From contig CAWCNS010000016.1 of NCBI GenBank assembly GCA_963796965.1, forward strand, positions 224,001-288,000: a DNA stretch of 64,000 bases, in the 5' to 3' direction. Made by a program: the position numbers and the translations under genes. This document shows, one piece after another, positions 53,394 to 63,635 of this stretch (position 1 is the stretch's first letter; each line of letters begins with the position of its first letter). The DNA comes from Calditrichia bacterium. GTDB taxonomy: Bacteria > Calditrichota > Calditrichia > JAJRVZ01. The notes below the pieces were generated by a model. That model made no database searches. It saw only the letters and a program-made list of their open reading frames with translations, and was not told the DNA's origin.

Positions 53394-54264
53394 ATGGAAA
53401 AAATATCCACAATTAAGAATCGTACATCAATTACCTGGAAGAGTCAGATTAAGGATTGAATATTCTACCGCAAGATTCTTCAAAAATGGAAAAAATGGTA
53501 AAGAAGTCATCCTGGAATTCTTGAAGTCAAGTATAGTCCTCACAGACACAGTCATTACTATTGATGTTATGAGCCAGGATATAATCACGTCAGGAAGAAC
53601 TCATCATTCGGGCAGCTGTATTATCTATGCACTTGAAAATAATTTTTGTTCCGTTCGAGATATACTCTGATATTGAGGTTACATGAACTCTCTAATATGG
53701 CTTTTCTTTCAGGATTTTTTATTGTGAGTGCCCTCGGATGTAAAACTTTTCAGACGCTTTAGTCAGAGTTCATCAGTTTGTTAGATTGGATTGCGGGCAT
53801 AAGTACAGCTTATTCAATCTTAGATCATGCACATGGTGAGTTGAAAGAACGGGGTAATTTTGATCCTGAAGTTCTATCGATCATTTAACTTTTGATGGCC
53901 TTTATGCAGGGAAATCATATTACCGGCATCTTTCTTTACCTGGATAGCGACATTTGGAAGACATCTGCTTAGAAATGCCATGCAAAAAATGTTGAAATAT
54001 ATGCCTAGAAAATTGGTAGGGACGAATGGAAAAAGAATCATCAATATGAAGTGGTCATAAAACCAATTAATCGGTTGCCGGGTAAACAAATGCTTTTTAA
54101 ATTATTGCCGGCTTTGATCATGCAAACATCGATGGGAGATAGTGCTCGAGTATTGCAGGGTACATTATTAGATGAAATAAAAAAAGTATCTAAAGATCAT
54201 GGTGAAGTATCTTGAAGGTTTTGGTCAATTACAGAATGGGATGCCGATTCGGATACAATATTAA
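53394..54264 (+). CDS. HMA2-like membrane protein, heavily frameshifted
   Basis: Starts MEKYPQLRIVHQLPGRVRLR; later fragments DHAHGELKERGNFDPEVLSII, TWIATFGRHL and GMPIRIQY-stop. Confidence 0.5.
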
Positions 54265-54476
54265 TCTTAGATTGAATGATAAGATAACGATGGTCACAGA
54301 GATGATCTCAATAGGGATTATTTGTCGTCACGTATACTGAAACAAATTCAGAATACGTTTTAATAGATTCCATAACTTCAATTAAAAACAATGATATTTG
54401 AATTGAAAGAGGATGACAGTTATTTTTAATCTTGTAGTAATAAAAAGAGTAATTAACATGATAAAGGAATAAATAA

Positions 54477-54817
54477 ATGAATATCACATCACAGCATATT
54501 ACAGGATTTGTAGTTGGTGTGGGGGAGCCGCTGTTGGTACTATTTTATAAGAAAAATCAGGCTCAGGTAGATGACTTTTTACGTCGTCAAGGCATCCAGA
54601 TTCCGGAACGGACACTTCGTGAGCCGGCTAATATGATAATCGTATACGTCTCTGTACAGAGCGTCTATTGGCGATATTAGAAATAAAGAAGATGTACCAG
54701 GATCCCGGCAATTTGTACATCGAGGAATAAATATCAGAAAAAGAACGCCTGGAAGATATTATTGCCGAAAAGGAACATGAGTCACAAGAGCCTGTAAAGA
54801 CTGCATCAAAGAAGTAG
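54477..54817 (+). CDS. small GxxxG membrane protein (FezA-like), frameshifted
   Basis: AAGGA RBS; HITGFVVGVG(GAAVG), YKKNQAQVDDFLRRQGIQIP, C-terminal EKERLEDIIAEKE...KK-stop in another frame. Confidence 0.55.
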
Positions 54818-54912
54818 TTATACTCATCTATAGGTATCTCCGAGTATTATACCGTGGTGGTGTATATAAATGTGAATCGGCTTAAGCGGGCAAGATACAA
54901 ATTTTATCATAT

Positions 54913-55617
54913 TTAAAAGTGGATAACCATGGTTATTCCGGGACCTGAAGTCGTCATGTCATAGATGAAGAGGTTGTCTCCACTTCCGGTTTTATATTTG
55001 GCATACCAAATTCTGTAGGCAGCCATAAACGTAATATTGGACAAGCGATAACCAATGCCACTGGCGATGTTCCATTGAAAATCAGAGCCAATCCCGAATC
55101 CGCCCACATCGGCTCGGAATGTAAACATAAGATATTTAGTCAAATCCATTGTAAATCGACCCCCAATAATGGGATCAACCCAACTTTTCTCATCTTTTCC
55201 CAAACTCTCCGTATCCTCTCTAAATTCAACCTCTGATTTAAAATAGCGACCGCCACCTATTATTTCCAGGTTCTCGGATAGTCGAATAGCCAGACTCACC
55301 TCACCAAGGCTAAGTTCGGTATAGGTCGGATTTTTTATTAAATCCACATAAAGCCAATCGAAAATTAGAGCCCAATTTCTCTTCTTTAACTCAACATGAC
55401 CGCTTAAACCTAAATTGGAATATTTAAAAAAATCATCGTATGTGAAATTGACGTGACGGGTGTTTCCGTTAACCGTCAAATCTCCGTTAAGGGTGGTCAG
55501 CCAGACATAGGGCGCAAACTCTAATCGTAATCTATCATTATATCCATACTGCGCATTTGCAGTCGTGGCCAAGAACAGGACTATTGCAAGAACACCATAT
55601 AGTGTATTTTTTTTCAT
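54913..55617 (-). CDS. putative outer-membrane beta-barrel protein
   Basis: Signal peptide, FAPYVW, WVDPIIGGR, RADVGGFGIGS, alternating beta strands, C-terminal F. Confidence 0.7.
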   Translation of the reverse strand: MKKNTLYGVLAIVLFLATTANAQYGYNDRLRLEFAPYVWLTTLNGDLTVNGNTRHVNFTYDDFFKYSNLGLSGHVELKKRNWALIFDWLYVDLIKNPTYTELSLGEVSLAIRLSENLEIIGGGRYFKSEVEFREDTESLGKDEKSWVDPIIGGRFTMDLTKYLMFTFRADVGGFGIGSDFQWNIASGIGYRLSNITFMAAYRIWYAKYKTGSGDNLFIYDMTTSGPGITMVIHF

Positions 55618-55843
55618 TATTACTCCGGTAATGAAAAGAGGTAGTGTTAAAAGTTTGACACTTCACGAGAAGATGCACATAAAGTGACTTTTTTTATCAT
55701 TAAAAAACTATAACAATTTTTTTCAATTTCTTAATCCATTGTTTTTACGCTGATATGGGTAAAACAGATCCCAATTTAATAAATTAAATGTTTTCGTTCT
55801 CTGTTTAACTTTGCATATACCTATTGAAGAGGTAAGTGGGGAT

Positions 55844-56755
55844 TTATTTGGTTTCCGTCGCCTGCTGGCGATATATGATTTGTAAAAAGACAATTGTAAC
55901 GGTCATTAGCATTGTTGCTATCAATGAGCCCTCAAAACCAAATTCCCCACCCGTCCATAAATCACTGCCACTTAAATCCTGAATAATAACCCCTTTTACA
56001 TCTACGCCACTGACCTCAAATCCAAATACAGGACCCTGAAAGAAATTCCATGAAAAATGAAGAGCGATTGGCAGCCAAAGATTACGAATATGAATATAAT
56101 AGACACCTAAAAGAATACCTGCAAGCAAGATATTTATAAATGATAAAAAGGTAACATGAGCATTGGCTAAATGCATTATTGCGAAAAGTAGAGAAGAGAT
56201 GAAAAGGGCCAAATATTGATTCATGGAATCCATCATATTGCTTAGAAAATAACCACGAATCATAATTTCTTCATTCAATGAGCCAATGATAAAAAATATC
56301 AGATATCCAAAAAGAAGGTATCCATCGAAAGAATATTCTTTTACTGTAATGATATCTGAAACAGCCAATATACTGAAACCCAGGCTAATCAATGTAAAGC
56401 CCAGAATTAATCCCACCGTCGCATCTCTTTGATATCCTCTGAACTTAAATCCCAATGATATGAAAGACTTTTTATCAATAAATCGCCTAAAAAGTAACGC
56501 GGTTGACAACATCCCCAAAAATCCAAATATGGAAATTACGATATTCGCAGGAAGTCCCAGATCCTTGATTAAATCCCGGGCGTTTGTGGCAAGAGATGAT
56601 AAATCCATGCCGTTGGCGAGGGCAATGATGGAAATGCCTACTGAGCTGAAAATCACTGTTAATATCAGCGACGCAAGGAGAAACAGGGTGGCGCGTAGCC
56701 AGCCATACTTGATAAGAGGAGCGGGCTCGACTTTTTGTGTATTCTCATTAATCAT
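55844..56755 (-). CDS. CPBP (CAAX/Abi) family intramembrane metalloprotease
   Basis: NEEIMIRGY, FAIMH, HFSWN, GFEVSG, GFEGS. Confidence 0.9.
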   Translation of the reverse strand: MINENTQKVEPAPLIKYGWLRATLFLLASLILTVIFSSVGISIIALANGMDLSSLATNARDLIKDLGLPANIVISIFGFLGMLSTALLFRRFIDKKSFISLGFKFRGYQRDATVGLILGFTLISLGFSILAVSDIITVKEYSFDGYLLFGYLIFFIIGSLNEEIMIRGYFLSNMMDSMNQYLALFISSLLFAIMHLANAHVTFLSFINILLAGILLGVYYIHIRNLWLPIALHFSWNFFQGPVFGFEVSGVDVKGVIIQDLSGSDLWTGGEFGFEGSLIATMLMTVTIVFLQIIYRQQATETK

Positions 56756-56790
56756 ATTTCAATCCTCATATTTATTATAAGCCTTGATTT

Positions 56791-57300
56791 TTAAGGGCTG
56801 GCATATCGTATACTAAAGGGTCTGGCCATAGTGTCGAGATACTTAATTTGCAAATTCACTAACTGACGTATGTGCAGATAATCATGTGCTGTCCATGCTG
56901 CAAGGAGATCACCGGCTGCTAATGTACCGATTGTCGGATGATTGTAACTCTGTTCCAGTTTAGAAAAAGATAGTAGTCCAAGCCATTCTATTGATTTATT
57001 GCGTTCTAATCTGAATTTTTCTAAGGATTTTTGAAAGTCTTTTTGATTATAGTTGTGGAGAGAAACCCAGCCCACGGGATCGATACCCGGCCATTCTTGC
57101 TCGGGATGATGCAATGTCAAATCAAGACGTTTTCTGAAATCATTACATTCTTCGTCGTATAAATGATTGATGACTTCCAGAACTGACCATTTTGACGGTT
57201 CTGGTTTCCAACGGGCTTGTTCATCAGATATATCACTGACCATCGCCTCGATCTTTGTGATACCTATTTTAATACTTTGAATAAAGAAATTTATATCCAT
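56791..57300 (-). CDS. DinB family protein
   Basis: KWSVLEVINHLYDEE, AHDYLHIRQL. Confidence 0.88.
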   Translation of the reverse strand: MDINFFIQSIKIGITKIEAMVSDISDEQARWKPEPSKWSVLEVINHLYDEECNDFRKRLDLTLHHPEQEWPGIDPVGWVSLHNYNQKDFQKSLEKFRLERNKSIEWLGLLSFSKLEQSYNHPTIGTLAAGDLLAAWTAHDYLHIRQLVNLQIKYLDTMARPFSIRYASP

Positions 57301-57321
57301 GAGTTTTCTCTGTAAAATCGA

Positions 57322-58770
57322 CTATCTTGGCTTAAAATCCAAATGATTATTTACAGGATTTTGATGGCTGGTATCTAACGATTTAATCCAGTCAATGAGA
57401 GGTTGCCGGTAGTTTATTCCTGTATCATAGGGATTTTTATCATAAAGGTTAAATTTTTCGTTGGGATGTGTATACATAAAATCGTTAATCAAAACAGAAT
57501 AACTGGAATCTGCCTCAAGTGGACGTCCGTCCTTAAGTCGATACCCTCCAAGTGATGTTAGTCCTGCCATTGCAATCGAAGGGGAGAGGCTCTCTTTTAT
57601 TTCTCTGCCAGTCAGATTCAACTCTAGTATATTATTTTTAAAAGGCAGTACCCCTAATATTGTTTCAATGGTAATTTCTCCCGCGGGGATATCCTGACGT
57701 ATTCCACCTGTATTTGTTAAAGCAATATCCGCACGCGGATAAGTAGAAAGCCATGAATCGGTAATCATGTTTTCCATCTCTATAGAACTTTCAGGTATCA
57801 GAGAACTTGTATATCCGATCACTTCTGTCAATGCAAGATCGAGATCTGCACGCCAATCCGAAATGATACCGGATATCCTAGCATCTTGCACCCCACCATC
57901 ATTGGAATGCAAACTTGCCACAATCTGAGTAACGGTATCGGCAGCATCATCAAACAGAATTTCTACCTTTACATAATTTTTCCAATTTGATCCGCTCTGC
58001 ATAAGGAGTACATCGTTTGCCATATCTTCATATAATTCATGGCAATGGCCACCCCCAATCACAGAGATTCCCAACTTTGAGGCAAGAGGGGCTAACTCAA
58101 GCATTGTTTCATGACAGATATGACCAATTACAACTATTAATTCTGCACCATCGGATTTGGCTATGGGAACAACCTCAGTAAGAGTTTCCGTATAATTAGC
58201 AAATTCAAAATCTGATACATTTTCTAATTTCGTCATCATGGGTGTTTGAATCAAAGCCAGCCCGATGATTCCAACCGTAACTTCTCCGATCTCTGTGAGC
58301 AGATAGGGTTCCACAAAATCAGGTTGTTGGCCATTATTTTTATATTTTAGATTAGCTGCAAGAATGGGAAAGTTCATTTCTGAGATGCGTTCGTTAAGGT
58401 TATTTACCCCAAAATCAAACTCATGGTTGCCAAGAGCGGCTGCGTCATAGCCCATCGCATTCATGACGTGAACCATTGATTCTCCTTGAGTGAGAGTCGA
58501 GAGAGCCGGCCCTGTCCACATATCACCACCGCTAAGTATCAAACAGGGTGTGTTCGGCCCACATCCCTCATTCTCCCTCCAGGTGTTCATTAACGCTGCG
58601 GCACCGCCATGCTCTGCGGAACCTTCCATCCAACCGTGCTCATCGTTGGTATAAAGTATTACAATTCGCTCTTCTTCTATGCGATCCTGATCAGATTTAA
58701 TTAGTTGATTTGATTGGCAGGAAAATAATAACAGAAATAGTAGGAGCATGTAACGTCTGACGTTCATCAA
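57322..58770 (-). CDS. bifunctional metallophosphatase/5'-nucleotidase lipoprotein
   Basis: LFSC lipobox, TNDEHG, GGD, GNHEFD, GGHCH, NTGGIR, LPFKN. Confidence 0.9.
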   Translation of the reverse strand: MMNVRRYMLLLFLLLFSCQSNQLIKSDQDRIEEERIVILYTNDEHGWMEGSAEHGGAAALMNTWRENEGCGPNTPCLILSGGDMWTGPALSTLTQGESMVHVMNAMGYDAAALGNHEFDFGVNNLNERISEMNFPILAANLKYKNNGQQPDFVEPYLLTEIGEVTVGIIGLALIQTPMMTKLENVSDFEFANYTETLTEVVPIAKSDGAELIVVIGHICHETMLELAPLASKLGISVIGGGHCHELYEDMANDVLLMQSGSNWKNYVKVEILFDDAADTVTQIVASLHSNDGGVQDARISGIISDWRADLDLALTEVIGYTSSLIPESSIEMENMITDSWLSTYPRADIALTNTGGIRQDIPAGEITIETILGVLPFKNNILELNLTGREIKESLSPSIAMAGLTSLGGYRLKDGRPLEADSSYSVLINDFMYTHPNEKFNLYDKNPYDTGINYRQPLIDWIKSLDTSHQNPVNNHLDFKPR

Positions 58771-58803
58771 ATCATCCTATTTTAAGTTCACATTCATTAA
58801 TAA

Positions 58804-58966
58804 TGCTCACGCAAAGACGCCAAGCCGCAAAGAAAACAAAGAAAAAAGACAAAAGAATTTAAGCAATAATAATACAATTTTGTTTCACAAAATAACTTTC
58901 GCCAGTAAGTATTTATCTCTTTTCTTATGGATATTTTTTTAGCGGCTTGGCGTCTTTGCGAGAAAT
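58804..58966. repeat. MITE-like inverted-repeat element (CACGCAAAGACGC family)
   Basis: A 19-nt core, CGCAAAGACGCCAAGCCGC (58810-58828), is perfectly inverted at 58942-58960. Confidence 0.75.
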
Positions 58967-58993
58967 ATATATATATATTCAATTTATAGATCT

Positions 58994-61825
58994 TTATTTA
59001 TTGCCTAAATTACTATCTTCAGGGTAAAGAACGACTTGCACAAAATTTTCAGTATTCAAATATTTTCGAGCTACTTTCTGCACTTTATCCACCGTCAGAG
59101 CATTTACAAGTGTTAGATAATTTAAAATATCCTCAGGCGGGTCATTATGATAATACTTATATTCAAGGTTGGACATCCAGAAATTGTTCTTTTTCAGATT
59201 CGTTTCATATTCACGGATTTGAATTTCCTTGACTTTTTTTAAGTATTCTTCATCCAAACCATAATTTTTTAAACTATCAATTTGTGTAAATATTTCTGTA
59301 GTCAACTCATCAACCCTATCCGGATCAGAGCCGAATCGAAAATCGATACGGTATCTACACACAGGATGATGTGTAAAACTTCCACTTGCATTAATTGAAT
59401 AGGTTCCCCCCAAATCCTCCCGCAGACGCTCTCTTAGTTTAATTCTTAGCATATGCAACATGCTGCTAATAGCATATCTGTCACCCCGGTTCCATACAAA
59501 AGGCCCTGAAATTACAATCGATGTCTGGCTTTTAGGCTCCTTACCTTTGTACACATTCTTTTTAATTACACCTTCAGGATATCGAAATGTTTTATCCTGC
59601 CATGTTTCGTTTCGATTAGCAGGTTTTAATCCTCCCAGATAGGTTTCCACTAATGGTTTTATACTGTCAGGGGTAAAGTTACCTACAAATAAAAACGTAA
59701 AATCGGACGCATCAGCGAACCTATCCCGGTAGATTTCCATCGATTTTTTGAAATCCATATTGTCTAATGACTGAACGGACCATGGTTTGTATCGGGTGTG
59801 ATACTGGGTTAGCGTGGCTGTTAACGTGTCGTAATAGGCCGCATCAGGGCTGGCATTTCGGTTTTCATAGACCCCCTTAAGTCTTTCCTTGAATGATATA
59901 AAGGCTGTAGAATCTTCACGGGGTTTAGTAAAATAAAGGTAAATGTGCTGAAATAATGTTTCCAAATCTTTGGGTGAAGCGAATCCGCTGAAACCTTCAC
60001 TTAACTCTCCTATATAAGGAGAAACTCTGACAATTTTTCCTGACATATATTTCTTGAGTTGGTTACGATCAAAATCACCAAGACCGCTCTCCAAGAGGAT
60101 ACCAATCGCTGATTCGGCGGCAATAAGATTTGAGTCCGGTACTAAGGAAGATCCTCCCGGACTGAATGCGGACATACGTATTTCATCATTTTTGAAATCT
60201 GTTGGCTTTAGTATGATACGAATTCCATTCTGAAGGGTCCATTCTGTTACATCAAGTTCGGATTTATGTAGAGAGGACACAACCGATCCAGGTGTTGGCA
60301 ATGATTCAACCAGAGGCTGGTCAAGGGTGTTATCAGTATAGGCTTCAATAGACTTTGTTTTTACAAATGCCATTATGTCTGATAATCCTTTTTCATTGGG
60401 TAAATCAATATCTGCCTTTTCGGGTACATCGACCATAATCACCCGACTTTCTTCACCCATCCATTTATCGGCTAAAATATTTACATCTGATAGAGAGATA
60501 TCAGGCATAAAGCGTTTTTCCAATTCATATTGAAAAGCAATGGAGGGTAGGGGGTTGTTGTAGAGAAAATTACTCAAACACTGTGAGGCAAAACTGCTCG
60601 ACTCAGTTTTATCCCTCTCCTTATATTGTCTTTCCCGGAACCTTAACAGGGCCACTTTTTGACGGTCTAATTCTGTTTGGGTAAATCCGAATTTCCGCAC
60701 ACGCCTCGCCTCGGTCAATAAGGCATCGAGACCTTGATTGATACCATTGTCCTTGACTATCGCACTAATTGTATAAAAATTTTTACTTCGAATCATTTGT
60801 CCTTCCCGTGAGACTGCATAAATAAAGGGGGGATTCTTAATGCGGGTGAGTTCCGATAATCGTTCATTCAGCATCCGGTTGTAGAGACGTTCAATCATAT
60901 GCTCCCGAAAAGCAGTGGCCGTTTGAGTGTTCTCAAGAGGTAATTTATTGTAGATACTGACACGTGAGTAAGTGGCTTCAGAATCGGAGGCAATGGCAAA
61001 TAATGTTTCCTGATGATCTGGTACCGGGAATAATTTTCTCTCCGGAGCTTCAGGAAGAGTTGGGATATGTTGAAAATTTTTAATGATAAGATCTTTTATT
61101 TTATCTGGCTCAAAGTCTCCGACAGCAATTATTGCCATGAGGTCAGGACGGTACCAATCTTTGTAAAACCGATGCAAAGATTGATGGTGAAAGGTATCCA
61201 ATACCGCCTTTTTACCGATGGGCAGGCGATCTGCATATCTGGAATCTTTTAAAAGTATGGGAAATTGTTTGTCACGCAAACGTGAGCCGGCTCCTCTTCC
61301 AAGTCGCCACTCCTCAATCACCACACCGCGCTCTTTCTCAACTTCCTCTTTCTTCATGGATATGTTGTGGGCCCAGTCACTCAGAATCAGGAAAGCCTTT
61401 TCCATAACTTCCAGGCTATCTGTGGGGATTTGCAACATATAAACGGTCTCATCAAAACTGGTATAGGCGTTTATGTCTGGTCCAAAGCGCATTCCGATGG
61501 ACTCTAAATAATCAACCAGATCCTGCCGGGCAAAATTCTTGGTGCCATTAAAAGCCATATGTTCAAGAAAGTGAGCGAGACCTTGCTGGGTTTCATCTTC
61601 TAATATTGAACCGGCATTGATAATCAGTCGTAGTTCTGCCCTTTTCTCCGGTTTATGATTGGTTCGGATATAATAGGTTAGGCCATTGTCAAATTTACCA
61701 TATGTGACAGCCCGATCCATTGGCATATTTTCATCTAAACCAATAGTTTTTGCCAGTTGTTCGTCTGTAGAAACTGCGAAAGAGAGCGGGATATATAGCA
61801 AACTTAAAAGAATAATTATTTTCAT
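58994..61825 (-). CDS. pqqL: M16 family zinc protease (PqqL-like)
   Basis: Signal peptide, GLAHFLEHMAFNG (HxxEH), NAYTSFDETVY, ERGVVIEEWR, LRERLREDLGGTY. Confidence 0.9.
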   Translation of the reverse strand: MKIIILLSLLYIPLSFAVSTDEQLAKTIGLDENMPMDRAVTYGKFDNGLTYYIRTNHKPEKRAELRLIINAGSILEDETQQGLAHFLEHMAFNGTKNFARQDLVDYLESIGMRFGPDINAYTSFDETVYMLQIPTDSLEVMEKAFLILSDWAHNISMKKEEVEKERGVVIEEWRLGRGAGSRLRDKQFPILLKDSRYADRLPIGKKAVLDTFHHQSLHRFYKDWYRPDLMAIIAVGDFEPDKIKDLIIKNFQHIPTLPEAPERKLFPVPDHQETLFAIASDSEATYSRVSIYNKLPLENTQTATAFREHMIERLYNRMLNERLSELTRIKNPPFIYAVSREGQMIRSKNFYTISAIVKDNGINQGLDALLTEARRVRKFGFTQTELDRQKVALLRFRERQYKERDKTESSSFASQCLSNFLYNNPLPSIAFQYELEKRFMPDISLSDVNILADKWMGEESRVIMVDVPEKADIDLPNEKGLSDIMAFVKTKSIEAYTDNTLDQPLVESLPTPGSVVSSLHKSELDVTEWTLQNGIRIILKPTDFKNDEIRMSAFSPGGSSLVPDSNLIAAESAIGILLESGLGDFDRNQLKKYMSGKIVRVSPYIGELSEGFSGFASPKDLETLFQHIYLYFTKPREDSTAFISFKERLKGVYENRNASPDAAYYDTLTATLTQYHTRYKPWSVQSLDNMDFKKSMEIYRDRFADASDFTFLFVGNFTPDSIKPLVETYLGGLKPANRNETWQDKTFRYPEGVIKKNVYKGKEPKSQTSIVISGPFVWNRGDRYAISSMLHMLRIKLRERLREDLGGTYSINASGSFTHHPVCRYRIDFRFGSDPDRVDELTTEIFTQIDSLKNYGLDEEYLKKVKEIQIREYETNLKKNNFWMSNLEYKYYHNDPPEDILNYLTLVNALTVDKVQKVARKYLNTENFVQVVLYPEDSNLGNK

Positions 61826-62000
61826 AATAAGTCCTTAAAAAAATTAAACAACTGCAATCACTTCTCCGCCCTTATTATAAAGAGGATGGAAATTGCTGTT
61901 TAATGGTATGTATCTCTGGACGCTTTTTTAGTGTTAAAAGTTGCGTTCAATTTAATGATACTTACGTTAATATAGTATCAGAAGATTCCAGGAAAAAAGA

Positions 62001-62135
62001 TTTTCACAGGATTAACAGGATATAGGATTTATAATTTTGGATTTCGGATTGTAGATTACAGTAAAATAATGCCAAAATCCACATTCTAAAATTCCAATTT
62101 AAAGATGTCATGTCATCCTATATAAGTCATGAAAA
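62001..62135. repeat. nested inverted-array element without cargo
   Basis: Outer ACAGGATTAACAGGATATAGGAT / ATCCTATAT; inner AATTTTGGATTTCGGATTGTAGATT / CCAAAATCCACATTCTAAAATT. Confidence 0.6.
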
Positions 62136-62314
62136 GTTATGATGACAGGCCGTTTATCTATCTTTCAAGCAGATTACGGGTATAAAATGCCTGATTGAAC
62201 AAATTAAATATTTGTACGTAAGAACTAATGTTGAATTTTGTTAAAAATTGGTTATTTATAACTAAATATTTTAAATTAAAATTTGAATTAAATATTGCAT
62301 TCACAGGAGGAACT

Positions 62315-63476
62315 ATGCACAAATTTTTTAATTTATTTATAGTTTTGGTCTTTGGTGTAATGAGTGTATATGCAGGAACCGCTACGACACTTGAAGAAGC
62401 CAAAGCCATGTCAGCAAAAACGGGGAAGCCGATCCTCATGGATTTTATGACGGAATGGTGAGGTGGTTGTAAGGAATTTGCCCGTGCGGCAAAATCAGAT
62501 GAAGAAGTACAAAAGAAGTTAGATTCTGTCATCCTTTTTCAGATTGACTGTGAAAAGGGTGAAGGAATAGAATTAAAAAAATCTTATAATATCAAGGGCT
62601 ATCCAACCTTTATTTTGGCCAGTAAAGATGCGGAAACCTACCACCGCTGGTGGGGTTATACAAAAGAAATGCTATCTACAGAAATTGATGCTGGTTTTGC
62701 TGATTTGACAACTATTAAGGAAAAAGAAGAGCGTTATACTAAAAAACCCGATGGTAGAACAGCGAAATCATTAGCCACTTATTATCAGACCCAGGGTGAA
62801 ATTCAGAAAGCAGTAGAATTATACAATGATGCGTCAAAATATGATCCTGAAAATGATTATCTCTCTGAGGTGTTTAGTTTATATGCTTCCGGATATCGTC
62901 GCAAGGCTTATTCACTGGATGAAGTAATGGTTATAGCTGATAAGGCGCTTATGTCGTCAGATGATGACGAACTTAAACTACAAGTTTATGCACAAATGTC
63001 CTCATATGTGAAAAATAGTCCAGAAAATGAAAAACTGTTAGCCTATGCCGATGATGGACATGAATTCATTCAGAAGAAACAGGATAATGTTCCCAAATGG
63101 GCAAAAAATGCGATTGAGTTAAATTATACCTTGTTTGTCATAAAAGATACCGATGAAGCGATTAAAATAAAAAAGAGTACGTTAAAAGAAGGCTGGGAAA
63201 ATGATCCTAATGCCATTAATAGCTTTAGCTGGTGGTGTTTTGAAAATAAAATCAACTTAAAAGAAGCGAAAGAACTCGGTCGACGGGCGGTGAAGCTTGC
63301 GCCAGCGGGACGGGAAAAAGCTGATGATTCTTGATACAGTCGCGGAAATTGTAAATCTTCAGGGAAGTCCAAAAGAAGCAGTTACTCTTATGGAACAGGC
63401 AATTAAAGAGGATCCTAAGACTGAAAGCTGGAAAAAGCAGTTGGAACGGTTTAAGAAGGAATTAAACAAGACTTAA
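62315..63476 (+). CDS. exported thioredoxin-fold + TPR selenoprotein (UGA at 62459-62461; frameshift near 63322)
   Basis: AGGAGG RBS and signal peptide; KPILMDFMTEW-TGA-GGCKEF reads on in frame to KGYPTF and ORF 62615..63334. A TPR tail MILDTVAEI...NKT ends at TAA 63476. Confidence 0.8.
62474..62496 (+). promoter_or_regulatory. bacterial SECIS-like hairpin
   Basis: GAATTTGCC-CGTGC-GGCAAAATC; the loop starts 21 nt after the UGA and has G at loop position 2. Confidence 0.6.
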
Positions 63477-63504
63477 TTAATTGGCCGAACTAATAATTAA
63501 TTTA

Positions 63505-63626
63505 TTTCACGCAAAGACACTGAGATTTTAAGAATTAAGACAAAAGAAAAAAGAAAATATTTACAGTTAACCATATGCTTGTAAAGTGTTTTTCTTAATT
63601 CTTTTGTCTTTTTTCTTTTTTCTTAT
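63505..63626. repeat. intergenic inverted-repeat element (CACGCAAAGAC family)
   Basis: TTTCACGCAAAGACACTGAG, then AAGAATTAAGACAAAAGAAAAAAG facing TTCTTAATTCTTTTGTCTTTTTTC. Confidence 0.55.
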
Positions 63627-63635
63627 TCACGATAC

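Noticed and set aside
61846..61902. Imperfect hairpin upstream of pqqL
   Set aside because: Pairing is weak and interrupted, and there is no recognisable riboswitch or terminator signature.
62158..62532. 124-aa minus-strand ORF
   Set aside because: It is antisense to the selenoprotein gene, which has the RBS, signal peptide and thioredoxin motifs.
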